A stretch of DNA of 62,815 nucleotides, counting the filler. It is 12 parts of 12 records of this genome, joined end to end, with 100 filler letters (N's around TTAATTAATTAA, not from the genome) between each part and the next. Parts side by side here need not be neighbours in the genome. Positions count along the whole stretch, not along the records: positions 11,925 to 14,562 come from SRR9670534_1561; positions 14,663 to 22,403 come from SRR9670534_1572; positions 22,504 to 26,672 come from SRR9670534_1573; 9 more parts are not named here. One strand, given 5' to 3'. Positions 12,873 to 25,500 of this stretch are shown piece after piece. The notes under the pieces are model-generated. The model saw only the letters and a list, made by a program, of their open reading frames with translations. It was not told where the DNA came from and did not search any database. Within the stretch, counting starts at the first letter, position 1, and every line of letters starts with the position of its first letter. A program made the translations under genes and the position numbers.

Positions 12873-13934
12873 CTTCTTGACAACATTACGAAGTTCATTG
12901 TTAATGCGATCAAAACATCTTTGGCACTTATCATATCCATAAGTGGGTATAATTATCACTTGGTCAGCCAATTTTATAGCACATTCGATAATTGTTTGAA
13001 AATGGTGACCAACTTTTACAGGATCATTCCAGCGTCTTACGTTGTTGGATCCTACATTTATTACCATCGTCCTACAGTGACCGGTGGTGACACTAAGGCT
13101 TTCTGCTAAGCTGTAAATATCTGCACCAGGAACTGCATGTTTCCTAACCTAATTAATAACAATATGTAATACATAGTAATACTATGGTGATAGTACATAT
13201 ATGTAATGTTGTACATACCAATCACATGACTGGTTGCTATGAGTCATCTGTGACCATAGCAACATATGTGCCTATAATCTACCTATACAGAATTACAGTC
13301 AAATGTACAGTTAATGAATGCTACCATCAATGGGATATTTACCTCAGCATCATGGAGATGCAAGCTTTCCAGCTGAAATTTTCTTAAGTTTGAATCTCCA
13401 ACTAAGATTACATCACTGCCATCCAGATTAGAAATACCTTTGCATCTTTCATGATGTTTGTCAGGTTCACTAAGCAACTTTCAAGGATCCTGATTATTAT
13501 ACACCAATTTCTAAAGACAAAAAAATATTTATTAAACATATTCCTATTTTTAATATGAGTAGGTATGTAATAAGAAGCCTATTACTACACTTATAATCTA
13601 CCTTAGAATCAAACTTCTTATTAACTTCCTTCTTGTTCATATCCATTGCTTCATGCCTTTTCATTTTCTCATCATGTGAATGCACAGCTTCTGATAATTT
13701 ATCCATTCCTTGCTGCTGTTCTTTCTCTTTTTCCAACTTCTCCTTCTCTTGTTGCTTCTCCCTCTCTTGCTGCTTCTCCCTCTCTTGCCGCTTCTTCTCT
13801 CGCCAGCCTCTCTCCTTGATTTCATCTTCTATTCTATCCTTGAGTATTTTCATCTTCAAGTGGTAGGTGGTCAAACTGCCACTTTTGCTCAGTACAGCAA
13901 GCAACTCTTGCTCCAACTCCAATACTTCCGACAT
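12873..13934 (-). pseudogene. Spliced coiled-coil + SGNH/GDSL-hydrolase-domain gene (LINE ORF1p esterase-like); one in-frame TGA
   Basis: Three exons joined in phase 0: 13934-13602, 13510-13343 and 13148-12873, all with GT-AG borders. SGNH blocks VILVGDSN (I), AVPGA (II) and VINVGSNN (III), then RINNEL. TGA at 13481-13483. The last exon(s) with the DxxH block could not be resolved. Confidence 0.72.
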
Positions 13935-14995
13935 TATTATGGTATAATATCAATGAAAGCAAAATGAAAAATGTTAAATTTAAATCTTCCGCGTGTAAAG
14001 TGAATAAACAAAATGATGAGACAGGTTATGATAATGAATATTTAATAGTTTTATGTTTTGTTATGATACTATCATAAAAGGGCATTATGATGTTATCAAA
14101 AGACCAATTTTGGTGCCATCCAGTCTACAAATTTTTACCGTTAACAATGCCTATGCATGACGCAATGCCTATTATTATTAATAAAATGAAGTGCACATGG
14201 TGAACAGGCTGGCCTCATCAGGATTACATGATAGCCTGTTGGATTGTTATCAATGATACAGCAAAATCGATATTTTGCAAATATTGTTGCGCAATTTCGG
14301 CCAGTTGTATACATATAATGAAAATTTCATTATTGTTAAACACAACTCTGTAATCGATTGCGCAGGTGACCCCATTTATATGGAGGTTATATTGTTTATT
14401 GATAACATATTATTAGTTATAATTGCTTATTAATTAGTTATAATCGTTATTAATAATAAGTGGTATCGACCGTGCATTATTAATAATATATTATAGAGTT
14501 ACTAATAATTATTTAATACATAATAAATGTTCATTATTATTAATTATTAATAATGTTACATTNNNNNNNNNNNNNNNNNNNNNNNNNNNNNNNNNNNNNN
14601 NNNNNNTTAATTAATTAANNNNNNNNNNNNNNNNNNNNNNNNNNNNNNNNNNNNNNNNNNNNTCAAGATATGTCATCTTGTCTGGTCACTTTGACTGTCC
14701 TTGTCAGGAACAGTCAAAAAAACATGAGTATTTTGCAAAAACTTATGGGACAAGCCAGTAGTACCAATTAATATTACTAGTAAAATTAAATACTTTAATC
14801 AAGTAAGCACATGCGACATCTTTAGCCAATTTATTCAGTAGATATAAATAAATATCACTTGCCTTTGTTCTGCTGCTAAGCTAGAACTGCAAAAACTATA
14901 TATGTATGGAAAGACACATCAATGCTTTTGCTGATTTATTATTGCTTTTTAGTGGTATAAATTTATTGTAACAAATTTTGAGAGTTCTCTCACTA

Positions 14996-15474
14996 ATAAA
15001 AGAGATCCTTTGGTCTTTCATAGTTTTGGCAGTTTCTCTTTTTTATGCAGGTAATAAAAAATTGGCCAATATATTTAGACACCCTTGAAATCAATTTAGG
15101 TGCAGGGCGAAAACCTTTTGTGCCACAGCATCCTTGCCCAGAAAATCTACTGGAGGAGTGCAAGAACATTTGCAAAAACAACAATGGAGTTAGATTCTGT
15201 GATTTAGCATTTATCCCAGGTCATGCGTTTTGCAGATGTTACAATTATTATGGCGATATATTACATACTAAAGGTAGTGTTAAAATTGCAATCTTTATAT
15301 CTTTATTAAACCATAATATTTTAGGCATCATTGCTGTTCCTGCTTTACGACATTGCAAACGGTCCACAATTGGAAGAATGTACCTTTACATGCAAAGCAA
15401 AAGGAGCTGAATTTCCCAAAATCTGCATCTATGATAAAAATAGTGGGAAGATGCAAGAATGTACTTGCCGTTAA
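14996..15474 (+). CDS. Two-domain CS-alpha-beta defensin/toxin-like secreted peptide (probable pseudogene or sequence error)
   Basis: Signal-peptide exon ~14996-15050 (IKEILWSFIVLAVSLFYA; ATA where ATG is expected), with phase-1 introns at 15051-15099 and 15274-15324. Domain 1 is C-x7-CxxxC-x8-C-x10-CxC. Domain 2 is C-x7-CxxxC-x10-C-x11-CxC if one A is removed from AAA at 15357-15359. Stop at 15472-15474. Confidence 0.72.
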
Positions 15475-16111
15475 AAAACTAAATCTCTTACAATTAGTAA
15501 TAAAAAATTGATCATTTTTAAATGTGATTATTTTTCAGAATACCTTTCATTCAGCGTCATATTCATATATGCCATTAACATAGATTAAACTATAACCAAT
15601 ATAAAATATATTGTTAGAAATCAGTCAAGGAGACTTTCATCTTGCAACATTATTATAATAATAACTTTGTGGTTCATGTGAAAATAAATTTTTGTTAAAG
15701 AAAACAAAAATCCCTCAGCAACAGCATCTGTTTTATAGCAGATCAGGACTGAAAAAATTATGACTTGTTATTAATAATAAATTATTAATAATAATGTAGG
15801 ATGCAGAAAAATTGACTCTTCACTGCAGTCTCTGTTTATAATATTGTAGGTAGGATGAGTTATCACTAATAGTTATAATACTCAGTCATTGTGTCAAAAT
15901 GTTTGTGACAAGTTCGATTAGCAAGTTGCTAATTGATTTTCACACTCCTCTTTATTAAAGCATGAAATCAAGTTCAAATCTCCTACATGTATGCTGGGCG
16001 TGATGATAATGTATTGCTTTATTATCATTAATAATAATAATAAACACGCAAGCTATTCATTTGTTCTTCTTGTGTACTAAAACCTCGATCCCTCGATTCG
16101 GATAGATCAAA

Positions 16112-17047
16112 ATGAATGTATATTCAGTTTTGGAAATTCTTATGGTATTAGTTTCTTCAGCAGGTTTGTAATTTTTGGATTTTTAAAAAATTAGCAGTAT
16201 AATCCTCCTTAGGTCACTTTTTCAATTTCACGTAACTACTAACTAATAGGGTAGATAAATGCATTTATCATGATAATGCTGTAAACTTTAAAACATAGTC
16301 ATCAGTTTTGATTAGGTTGTTTTCAAAAGGACATTTTACAAAATTTGTGAAAATATATTTGTAATATTTACCAAACGTTGCCAAATATTAGTAATGATTA
16401 TTATTTACTGGACCATCCATGATTATAACCTATATGGTATTATTAATATTACAATATTACTATAATATTTAGGTGTATAAAATTAACCGAGTTTTAGCGT
16501 CAATTCTTATTATTATTATTAATAAACGTTATTTACTATTATTAATAGTCATGAAAAATCTAATTTATTAACATAACTTACATTGCATAAGCTAATAATG
16601 TCGTCTGTCTACTTTTACTTGTACAATAGTTGATGTTATTTAAAATTTTATAGAACTATTACTAAGAATAATATTCTAGAGGCATTGATATGTTATGAAT
16701 GCCAACGTGGAGGTATTTCTGGAATAGTTAGTCTTGGAGAAAATTGCAAAAATCCAAAACACAAAGTTACTTGCCAACGTGATGAACTGTGTTACAGGCT
16801 AAGCACAAAACTCTTAAGCGGTGAAGTAATTGAGATGGGATGTGTTAACTCAAGGCAAAAACCCTCTACTGCACTTATTGCCTGGGATGACAAGGGTACA
16901 TGCAAGACATTTGGTGGAATTAAAGAGTGTTACGGTGCTTGCAATAGTGACTTATGCAATGGTTTAAACAGCATCGACACCTTAGTATACCTATTAACTT
17001 TTGCTGGAATTTTAGAAACATTTTTTCAGTTTGCTAATTATAACTAA
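16112..17047 (+). CDS. Ly6/uPAR (three-finger, quiver-like) GPI-anchored protein
   Basis: Signal exon 16112-16163 joins exon 16680-17047 in phase 1. Starts LICYEC, has 10 Cys, ends CNSDLCN plus a hydrophobic tail. Confidence 0.88.
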
Positions 17048-17385
17048 AAATCAAAATTTTAATAATTGGTATCATTTTTATTATAAATTTATGCACTTTT
17101 CTTTGCTACGATTCATATTCTAGGATCATTGGTTGCTGTTATTTATTATGTTAATATATTGTTATTATTAATTAATAATAATAGTACTGGTTGAAGGCTT
17201 TTTTATAAATAGCTAATTAACATCTTAATATATTATCAAATATTATAATAATAATTTATTATATCCAAAAAGTTGTATAGCAATGCAATTTTGTCCTGTA
17301 CTCTCGCAGACCTCTAAATTGGGCAAAAACTAATATCAAACATCTTACATATTGGATGCCCAAAAAGTGCAGTAATGATAACAAG

Positions 17386-17552
17386 GTATTGCTTTATTAT
17401 TAATTAAAGAAGCAGATTATTTCATTTGATCACCCGGTTCACTACAACAATGTTGTATTACAACATGTAAAGATCAAGCTGAATATGTTTTCAGCTTTGG
17501 GAATTCTTTTGGTAATGGATTTTTGGATTTTTACACATTCAGCATTATATAA
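17386..17552 (+). pseudogene. Relic duplicate of the Ly6 gene's upstream region and exon 1
   Basis: Aligns by eye with 16010-16203 (gtattgctttattat...ttcatttg...agatcaa-tgaat...ttcag-tttgg-aattctt-tggta...atttttggattttt). The ATG reads CTG and the splice donor is deleted. Confidence 0.6.
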
Positions 17553-17875
17553 TGCCAGACAAATGGGTCATTGATCGTCTCTTTGAATTAACAAATAATG
17601 AGTTATTAATAAATAAGTCTAATAGACTTAGTCTATGTTGAACTTAAAGAGGCCAAAATATCAGTATTATCAGAGACGTTACACTGCGCAACAAGTTATA
17701 TTTCAGCCAGCTTTTATTATTAATAATAATACAGAAGACTAGAAAAAGCCTCCTTGAAAAGAGACAGCAATAATTTCGATCAGATTAAAAACATTAGTAA
17801 ACATTTACAGAGTTTTAACTCAACACTCAGATAACTAAAAATACATAGAAAAGATATCGCTCATACTTGCGTATA

Positions 17876-19257
17876 TTAGTAACTATTATTATTAATATTT
17901 AGCATATAAACTGTTATAATCCCAACCATTGTAAAAAGCAAAAGCAACGACTGATTTTTAGCAAGACAGCTTGATTTTTTCGTTCTTGTATCATTTTTAG
18001 TAAGACAGCCAGTCTCATTCATTTTTGTACTTTTGTATTTTGTCTTGCATTTTTGAATATCATCTTCCGGGAAATGTTTATTAGACTTCAGGGTTATAGG
18101 ACATTCTCTTCTTAACTTGTCAGCTGTTAGTAAAATCCTAAAAAAAGCAAACTCTCATTACTGAAAATTTTTAAATTATGTATTTAAAAGTTTTCAGCTT
18201 TTAATCTTGCGTAATTTTATAAATATGAACATATCATGATATTCATAAAAAAAATGTTTTATTTCAATGATTTATAAATACTTTATTAATTATAGTTTAA
18301 ATTATGACAAGTTATTGTTTGAATGAAGTTTATAAAAGTTATATAATAAATATTATGCTATTTATCACATAAGTTATTATAATGGTGAAAATTATTATTA
18401 CTAATTATAATTATATACTAATCATATAAAGTTATTAATATTTTATTAAATAACAAACAAAAAGTATAGTATACGATTTGCTGTAAATTCATAAGCATTC
18501 TACTAACGAAGCGTTCTTACCAACAATCTATTTCATCATACAAAGGTGTTTTAAATTCTTTTGAGCCCAGGTAGCCATAAATAATGTCACCATAGGTCTT
18601 TTTGTAATGAAGGCAATGATATGGTTCAGGTTGAGCTTTGTTCTTGCATATCTCTGCATCATTCTTCCATTGATAAAATTTAGCCTCTTTTAATTTCTCT
18701 ACAATCTGGTTATTAGCACATCCAGTAGTCAATTTGTCGGCTATCAATAAAACCCTAAAATTAGATGAATCATTTTTAATAAGATATTAGTTTTTTAAAA
18801 TTATAAATTAGAGAAAAATTTTGTATAATATTTACCCATTATTAATAAAAAAGAAAAAACAATAGGTATTTATATTTTAATAATATTTTATTTTGTTTAA
18901 TTATTTTAATAATTAAATTTAAATTTATATTTTTGTAATGAAAATTTTAAATATTATATTTTAATAAAGAATATACTCATTTAATAACATTTTATTCTTA
19001 TCAATAATAACAGCAGCTAAATTTTGATATTAGATTGGTAAAAAGAATTAAAATTTATGTATTCCAATAATAAATGTCAACTCTTACCAACATTTAATAT
19101 CTCCATCCATTGTTTCATTTTCTAATGGAAAATAGTTTTCAAGAAAAGCAACATACTTTTCTTGATGTGTGTTGCAATGCTCATGATGATTCACGTTGCA
19201 ATTGATGAGAGTGACACCATAAGTCAGAAAGAATATAAAGGCAATGACTAAATGCAT
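17876..19257 (-). CDS. Secreted/GPI-anchored Cys-module protein, paralogue 1 (two modules)
   Basis: Exons 19257-19088, 18754-18521 and 18137-17876; both introns are phase 2 within the W of CW. Signal peptide, two copies of HC...IxCW-xLLxADKLxxxC...C, and a hydrophobic tail SLLLLFTMVGIITVYML. The frame is open throughout. Confidence 0.85.
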
Positions 19258-19577
19258 TCCAAGTTGGAAATTCCAATGGTGTTTTCTAGAAACTACAAGC
19301 AACTAGCAGCGCAATAATAAATTCAAGCTAACACAAATATAAAGCCTATGGGTTATTATTATTAATAATAGGTTTTCAACTTAATCTACCAAAAACAGTA
19401 TATGGCATGAAGCGTGAAATTGGCTACCATGTAGTAATTGGCTACAATAGAATAACATAGTGGAAGATGTCGCCAATGACAAAGTCTTAAAATATGTTAT
19501 ACAATATAACAATGACAATTGTGACACAGTAACAAACACAACTATGAATTTGATCTATTGCGAATATTTATAACTAA

Positions 19578-20083
19578 CTACAAAAATGATTTGAAAAATT
19601 CATACGTGATAAGCACAGCGATAACTAGCATAAATTTAACACAATTTTTTCCAGGTGCTCCTTTTTTGGAACTTACATCCTTGTGGCAAAACTTTCTCAT
19701 GCAAACGGTTTTTGCCTTCTCTACAATTTTTTCCAAGCAATCCCCCATTTTAGCTGTGTTTTCTTCGTTATCAATGTTCAAAGTATTGAGTTCGTCTTTA
19801 AGGGTTTCATTGCAATCGCGACTTAGCGTCTCAGCAATGAACAGAAGTCTAAATACTCATTTGCATATTATGATGATTATGATTATAAATATAACTTAAA
19901 AATTCCTTACGAACACTTTATATCCTTATTAAAATCTTTGTTATCATTGACTATCGAAATTAAATTAATATAGAAACTCTTATTTTTCGAACAATGGCTT
20001 TTGTCACCGTTTTCGCCAACAACAAGCACAAAAAGTTGAAAGACGAATATAATGTATATTCTCAGCCAAAACGAATTAAGCAT
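19578..20083 (-). CDS. Secreted/GPI-anchored Cys-module protein, paralogue 2
   Basis: Exons 20083-19911 and 19848-19578 (phase 2). MLNSFWLRIYIIFVFQLFVLVVG, then HCSKNKSFY...DIKCS|LLFIAETLSRDC...C, then a hydrophobic tail. Confidence 0.85.
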
Positions 20084-20275
20084 AGCGCTACCACAAAATT
20101 GAAATTGTCAGTGACTGTAATAACAGAAAAGCAAAGTAAATGACTTGGTTTATTTATTATTAATACTACTAATGGTGAGAAATAAATGCCTTTAGGTAAG
20201 CAACAATGGCAATAGGTTGAACTGAAATTAAGTGAAAAGCTAACCATACTTTTTATTAAAACTGCTACATCATTA

Positions 20276-21171
20276 TCATAATATATTATATTTATGAGTC
20301 ATCAAATGATTAATAATGATCAGGATGGCGCCAAGTAATCCAAGGTGAGTCATGCTTGTGCTCCCATTGCATTTTTCAGCTTCTTCCAATACATGATCTT
20401 TCATCTTCTGATCATAGGCTTTAATTTCAGGAATTTCTCCACATTCATTTATTATTACTTTTCCTATTTCAAAAGCCCTAAAAATTTTTAAATATTACAA
20501 AGTCATCTAATAAATTTTTAAGGAAGGTATTAATAGTTCATAAATTAATTATATGAAAACTTTATAAATTTTAAAAATTAAAAAGTCATCTAATAAATTT
20601 TTCAAAAAATATTAAGAACTTATTAATAGTGCAAAAATTAATTTTATAAAATTAGCTTTATAAATATTATTAATAATTTTATTATTTTCATAATTATTAA
20701 GTGTTGCAAATTAAAATAATAATGTATTTAGCAATAAAATAATTTTATTAAAAATTACGTTTTATTTAGTTGGTATTTCAGTTGAATCACTTAAAATTCA
20801 AATAAGGATAAATTTATGTAAACTAACTGAAATCAAGAAATTATACATATAAACTTATAAATTCTTAACTATAAATGGAAATAAATGGATAAAAGTTCAA
20901 ATTTACTTACATTTTATTATAAAATATAATTTTAAAAAATGCAAAATTTGAAATTTTACTTAGATTAATATTATTTAGTAGGATGTTATTACGCTTACGA
21001 GCAGTGCATCTTTTCATCCAGATGAGCAATTAAAAATTTTCCATCAAAAAACTGTTTGTACAAATCCACATTTTTAGTGCAATGATCTTCTTCTGATTTA
21101 ATACTTACAATCATCACAATTGCTATGAACAAAATCTGCAAGGACAAATTCTTTACTAACAATAACAGCAT
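20276..21171 (-). CDS. Secreted/GPI-anchored Cys-module protein, paralogue 3
   Basis: Exons 21171-20999 and 20477-20276 (phase 2); absent from the ORF track. Signal peptide, HCTKNVDLY...EKMHCS|AFEIGKVIINEC...EAEKCNGS, and a tail LGLLGAILIII. Confidence 0.82.
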
Positions 21172-22056
21172 TACTTTATTTCCTGTGTTTACTTAGGGAT
21201 TACTTTATCTTTGATGAAAAGCTAATGATGATACATTTCAATATATCTATACGTATTTATAGCACACCTTATTCAGATTTATCTTACCTGACAGGTAAGT
21301 TTATTTGACTTGAATTATTAATTGGTAAGAACTAATAAATCATGTTGTTGTGATAACACTATTATTAAGTAAGCGGTAGGTACATTTATTACTTATTTTT
21401 ACTGCTTAGAATTCCCAATAACACAAAAGAAAAATGGTGTTATTTGTAAAAGATGTCGCCATTTGCGTTGCAAGAATAACATTTGCCCGTATGATTTACA
21501 TTGATAATAAATATAACTCCAAATCTTAGATAGGTTCTCTAAGCTTATAGATTATTTTACAGTATTATATTTATAAATATAAAAATTATTCTAATTTCAT
21601 TATTATTAATAATAATGCATTTTTATTAATTATACAGTAGTTTCACAGTAAAATAATATATAATATGACATATTAAATTTATATTTAAAATATAGCATAA
21701 TAAAGTTTGGCAGCTGTAATATAGACAATTTTTGATATTATAAATAATAATGGTAGTATATCATTTACAAATATAGTGGTTATAACATAAATAAAAAGCA
21801 ATATTGTAACTTCAAGCTTTTAGCCTATAATGGCAATCAAGCTAAAATTAGCACGAAATAACATATAGCTATCTAAGGTTTCAAGATATATCCTGATTAT
21901 TATTATTGTCAAACATACATTATTATGCATAGCAATTAATCAGACGATTATTATTAAATCATTATATATTATGATATGTTATGTTTGAAAATTTAATAGT
22001 AGCTTTTATTTTTATGAACTTTCTATAGATAGGCGTTAGATTCTGCAAAAGGAAAA

Positions 22057-22403
22057 TTATTCAGATGATGTATAGGCAAATGAATGATGGACTCCACATG
22101 AAACATCAGTAACGCTTTCATCTAAACATATAGTATGTTACAGAAGGCCTTTACATTAGTAAATCTCAATACACAAACAAACATACTCGAAAGTACAAGA
22201 ATTGGCGGGTAAAATGTTAGGTCTGGATTTGCTCGACCATTTCCTATTTCTCCATAATGATTTCTCCCCCATGCATATACCTCTTCTAAATTGAACATAA
22301 ATAGTGCTAAAAGAAATGTTATGAATCGATGTTCAACCCAGCTCTGAGCATGCCAATGTATGATCATGTCCAACAGCAATCTTTGTGATCTTTTTTGCAT
22401 TAA
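22057..22403 (-). CDS. RCC1-repeat protein, 3' end (partial)
   Basis: Three spliced exons give KITKIAVGHDHTLACSEL|EEVYAWGRNHYGEIGNG...|ESVTDVSCGVHHSFAYTSSE*, matching the RCC1 repeat consensus. Confidence 0.85.
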
Positions 22404-22588
22404 NNNNNNNNNNNNNNNNNNNNNNNNNNNNNNNNNNNNNNNNNNNNTTAATTAATTAANNNNNNNNNNNNNNNNNNNNNNNNNNNNNNNNNNNNNNNNN
22501 NNNACACAACTTACTTGACGCACTGTACTACTGCAACACAGGCTGAATTATCGAGGTATTTTAACATTTGATTTTAGATTCTTACTTC

Positions 22589-25500
22589 ATGGTTCATGGT
22601 GGATCGGTGATGGATGAACCGTTCACTACCCGATTCGGGGGTAATACTCAAGCTGAGATAAGACGAAGGGAACAGATTCAACGTTGGGAAAATAGTGATG
22701 TTAACACCGTGTCATTCAATCAAAATAGAACATGCCCACAGATACACTTTCGAAACGAGACTATGTTTTTAGCTGCTGCAGCTGCCAACGAACAAGATGA
22801 AGTGCAAAGACTGTTGCGACGAGGAGTTGATATAAACACAGGAAATGTCGATGGCTTGACTGCTCTTCATCAAGTATGTTGCTGTTAATTACCTACTAAT
22901 TAAATATTAATTAATTACGTATATACCTAATGTATCATAGTCGATAATATCGACTCAATATGTACCATAGGTAGGTATTATTGTAGAATGTAATTACAGT
23001 AGTACTGTACATGTAAGATTGGTAGCGTATACGTATCTGCACCATGGCGTGTACATATCTTATTACCATGCATGGTAAACCATGTGTTGTTAATATTTAG
23101 TACGTCGTACTATGTACATACTATGTACATAGTACGACGTACTAAGTACGTTGACACATACATACTGTATCTGATACAATGCCATAGTTAAAGAGGTTTG
23201 TATAGAATTATGTAATGTACACGTGTATTTTAATGATTGATTTTATCGGAAACATAAAAAGATTGCGTACATTGCGTACTAAATTGTAGTAAGCATAGAG
23301 TAAGAGAAATGGTAGTAAGTACCTAGTCTAGTATGTATGTGTTGTATTCATTCATCAATTTGTTCAAGAGAACAACGCTGTTATCACATTGGTTTTTAAA
23401 CAATGTATGAAAATACAAGTTACGACGTACAGTAATTTTTATGTGTAAAAATGTATTTATACAGACTGTGTAATACAGTAACAACGTACAGTAATTTTTA
23501 TCTTCTAATGGTATGTATATTGTACATGTATATCTATGCCCTTTTGAAGAGTTTGCGAATTGTGTTTCATTGAATTTACTACGGACTCCGTAGTACGGAG
23601 TCTTAACAGGCAGAGGATCCTGATCCATAATGAGGAGATGTATGATGCATTTCATATACTTATTGTTAGTGGAAGGTTTTCATGTCCCAGCTCCTACCTC
23701 GTTTCCGACGTTTTAACTCCCAAATGCTCAACGCAGCTTTACTAATTAATAATAATATGTAGGTAAATGTATAATACAGTATAACTTGTATCTTAACATA
23801 GAACAAGTTTGATTATTGTAATTATTTGAAGCGATATCATATTACAAATATGTACATATTAATAATAATAAGCCTAAATGCTGGAGTTGTTTGTGTGGCT
23901 ATTTTGAGGCGATGCAAATTTTATTTTTAGTCGCTTATTTGAAGTTGGTATTCTGTAAGTAGTACAAAATGCCTTGCAATGCAATACTGCTATAGGCTAT
24001 TTTTACTTACAATGATGATATTTTTAATACCGTTAACGGCGCTGTTGTACTGCTTGTATCAATTAATATGTAACAATAGTGTATTTGTTCAACAAATTTT
24101 GTTGTCTCTTGCAATTAGTAATGCATAATATGTATGTAGTGCATATGAACTTCATAACGAACTAGGGTTGTAAAAGTAGAGATCCTCTAACAATGTAGGC
24201 TTTCCATTGAAGGGTCCCTAATCGGGACTTCCGAGGTATTTGATAGATCGATGTCCTAGTGAGGATATCATGATGATAACTTAACTTTATTGTCAAATCA
24301 CATTACTGTGGGGGTAATAAGGATTATCAGGGTCGTACAAACCGAATTTTAAACTTCCAACTCCAACAACGAGTCGGAGGCTCGGCTCCGATTGAGTAGA
24401 GGATTATGGAATACAACATACAGTATACATTATATATATACTATACAATATACACTATACAACATACAATATACAATGTACTATGATAGAGTAGAGAATA
24501 ACTCAATGAAATATAATGTGTATCAAAAGCAATCAAAGGAGTTATGCATATGTACGATACTTACATGAATCTTCATGTATAAATTGTAAGTGTAATAGGT
24601 TCTCTTTGTAGGCTGTCATTGACAACTGTTTGGATATGGTGAGCTTTCTGATCGAAAATGGTGCAAACATTGATGCAGCTGATAACGAAGGATGGACTCC
24701 TCTGCACGCCGCTGCAAATTGTGGTTATGTAGAAGTAGTTGAGTTTCTTATCGAAGCTGGTGCCAATGTTGTGGCTGTAAATAACGAATGCGAAATACCT
24801 ATTGATATAATAGACGATGAAACTGGTAAAATACGAGAAATGATCTCCGAAGAAATGAAGAAACTAAATATAAACGCGGTAGAAGCACGAGCAATTGAAG
24901 AACGAAGAATGTTGGAAGACGCCAAAGTTTGGGCAAGAACTAAAGTTATAAAAGACATAAAGCACGCCAAGACTGGAGCAACAGCTCTCCATGTGGCTGC
25001 GGCAAAGAATTATATTGAAGTTCTAAAGTGCGTAGTTTGTCTGAAACTAGTAAATCATAAAAGAGAGTCAAGAATGAACAATAAATAATAAATGGAATAA
25101 CAAATCACTATGTAGACTTTCGCTTTTTAGGTTGCTAATTCAGGCAGGTATGGATATAAATGTCAGGGACTTTGATGGTTGGACACCACTCCATGCTGCA
25201 TCGCATTGGGGAGAAACCACTGCTTGTGAAATATTAGCAGAAAATGGTGCTGATTTTGAGATAACGAACGCCTCTGTAAGAGCACACAATTTTTATGTAT
25301 TACCTATATGCCATACTACATAGGGTAAAACCCCTGTTGACGTAGCAGCAGATGATCTAGTCAAATTTTTGCAAGATTTAAAAGAAAAACAAAAGGATAT
25401 CATTCAAAAACGCCAAATTGAAATGCCAAAGGTGTCAAAAGTTAGAAGGTAATCATTACCTGGTAGTAATGCTACATACCTACACAATAGGTAGACAATT

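Noticed and set aside
12873-13510. Calling the SGNH gene oskar
   Set aside because: There is no LOTUS domain, and it retains the GDS serine that OSK domains lack.
15915-15985. A-box-like TAGCAAGTTGC and B-box-like GTTCAAATC (tRNA or SINE)
   Set aside because: No cloverleaf could be folded and there is no second copy in the window.
21283-21299. Palindrome CTTACCTG-A-CAGGTAAG, with a similar core at 55641-55653
   Set aside because: It is short, and the first copy is explained as a likely 5'-UTR splice donor of GPI paralogue 3. Two copies are not enough to call an element.
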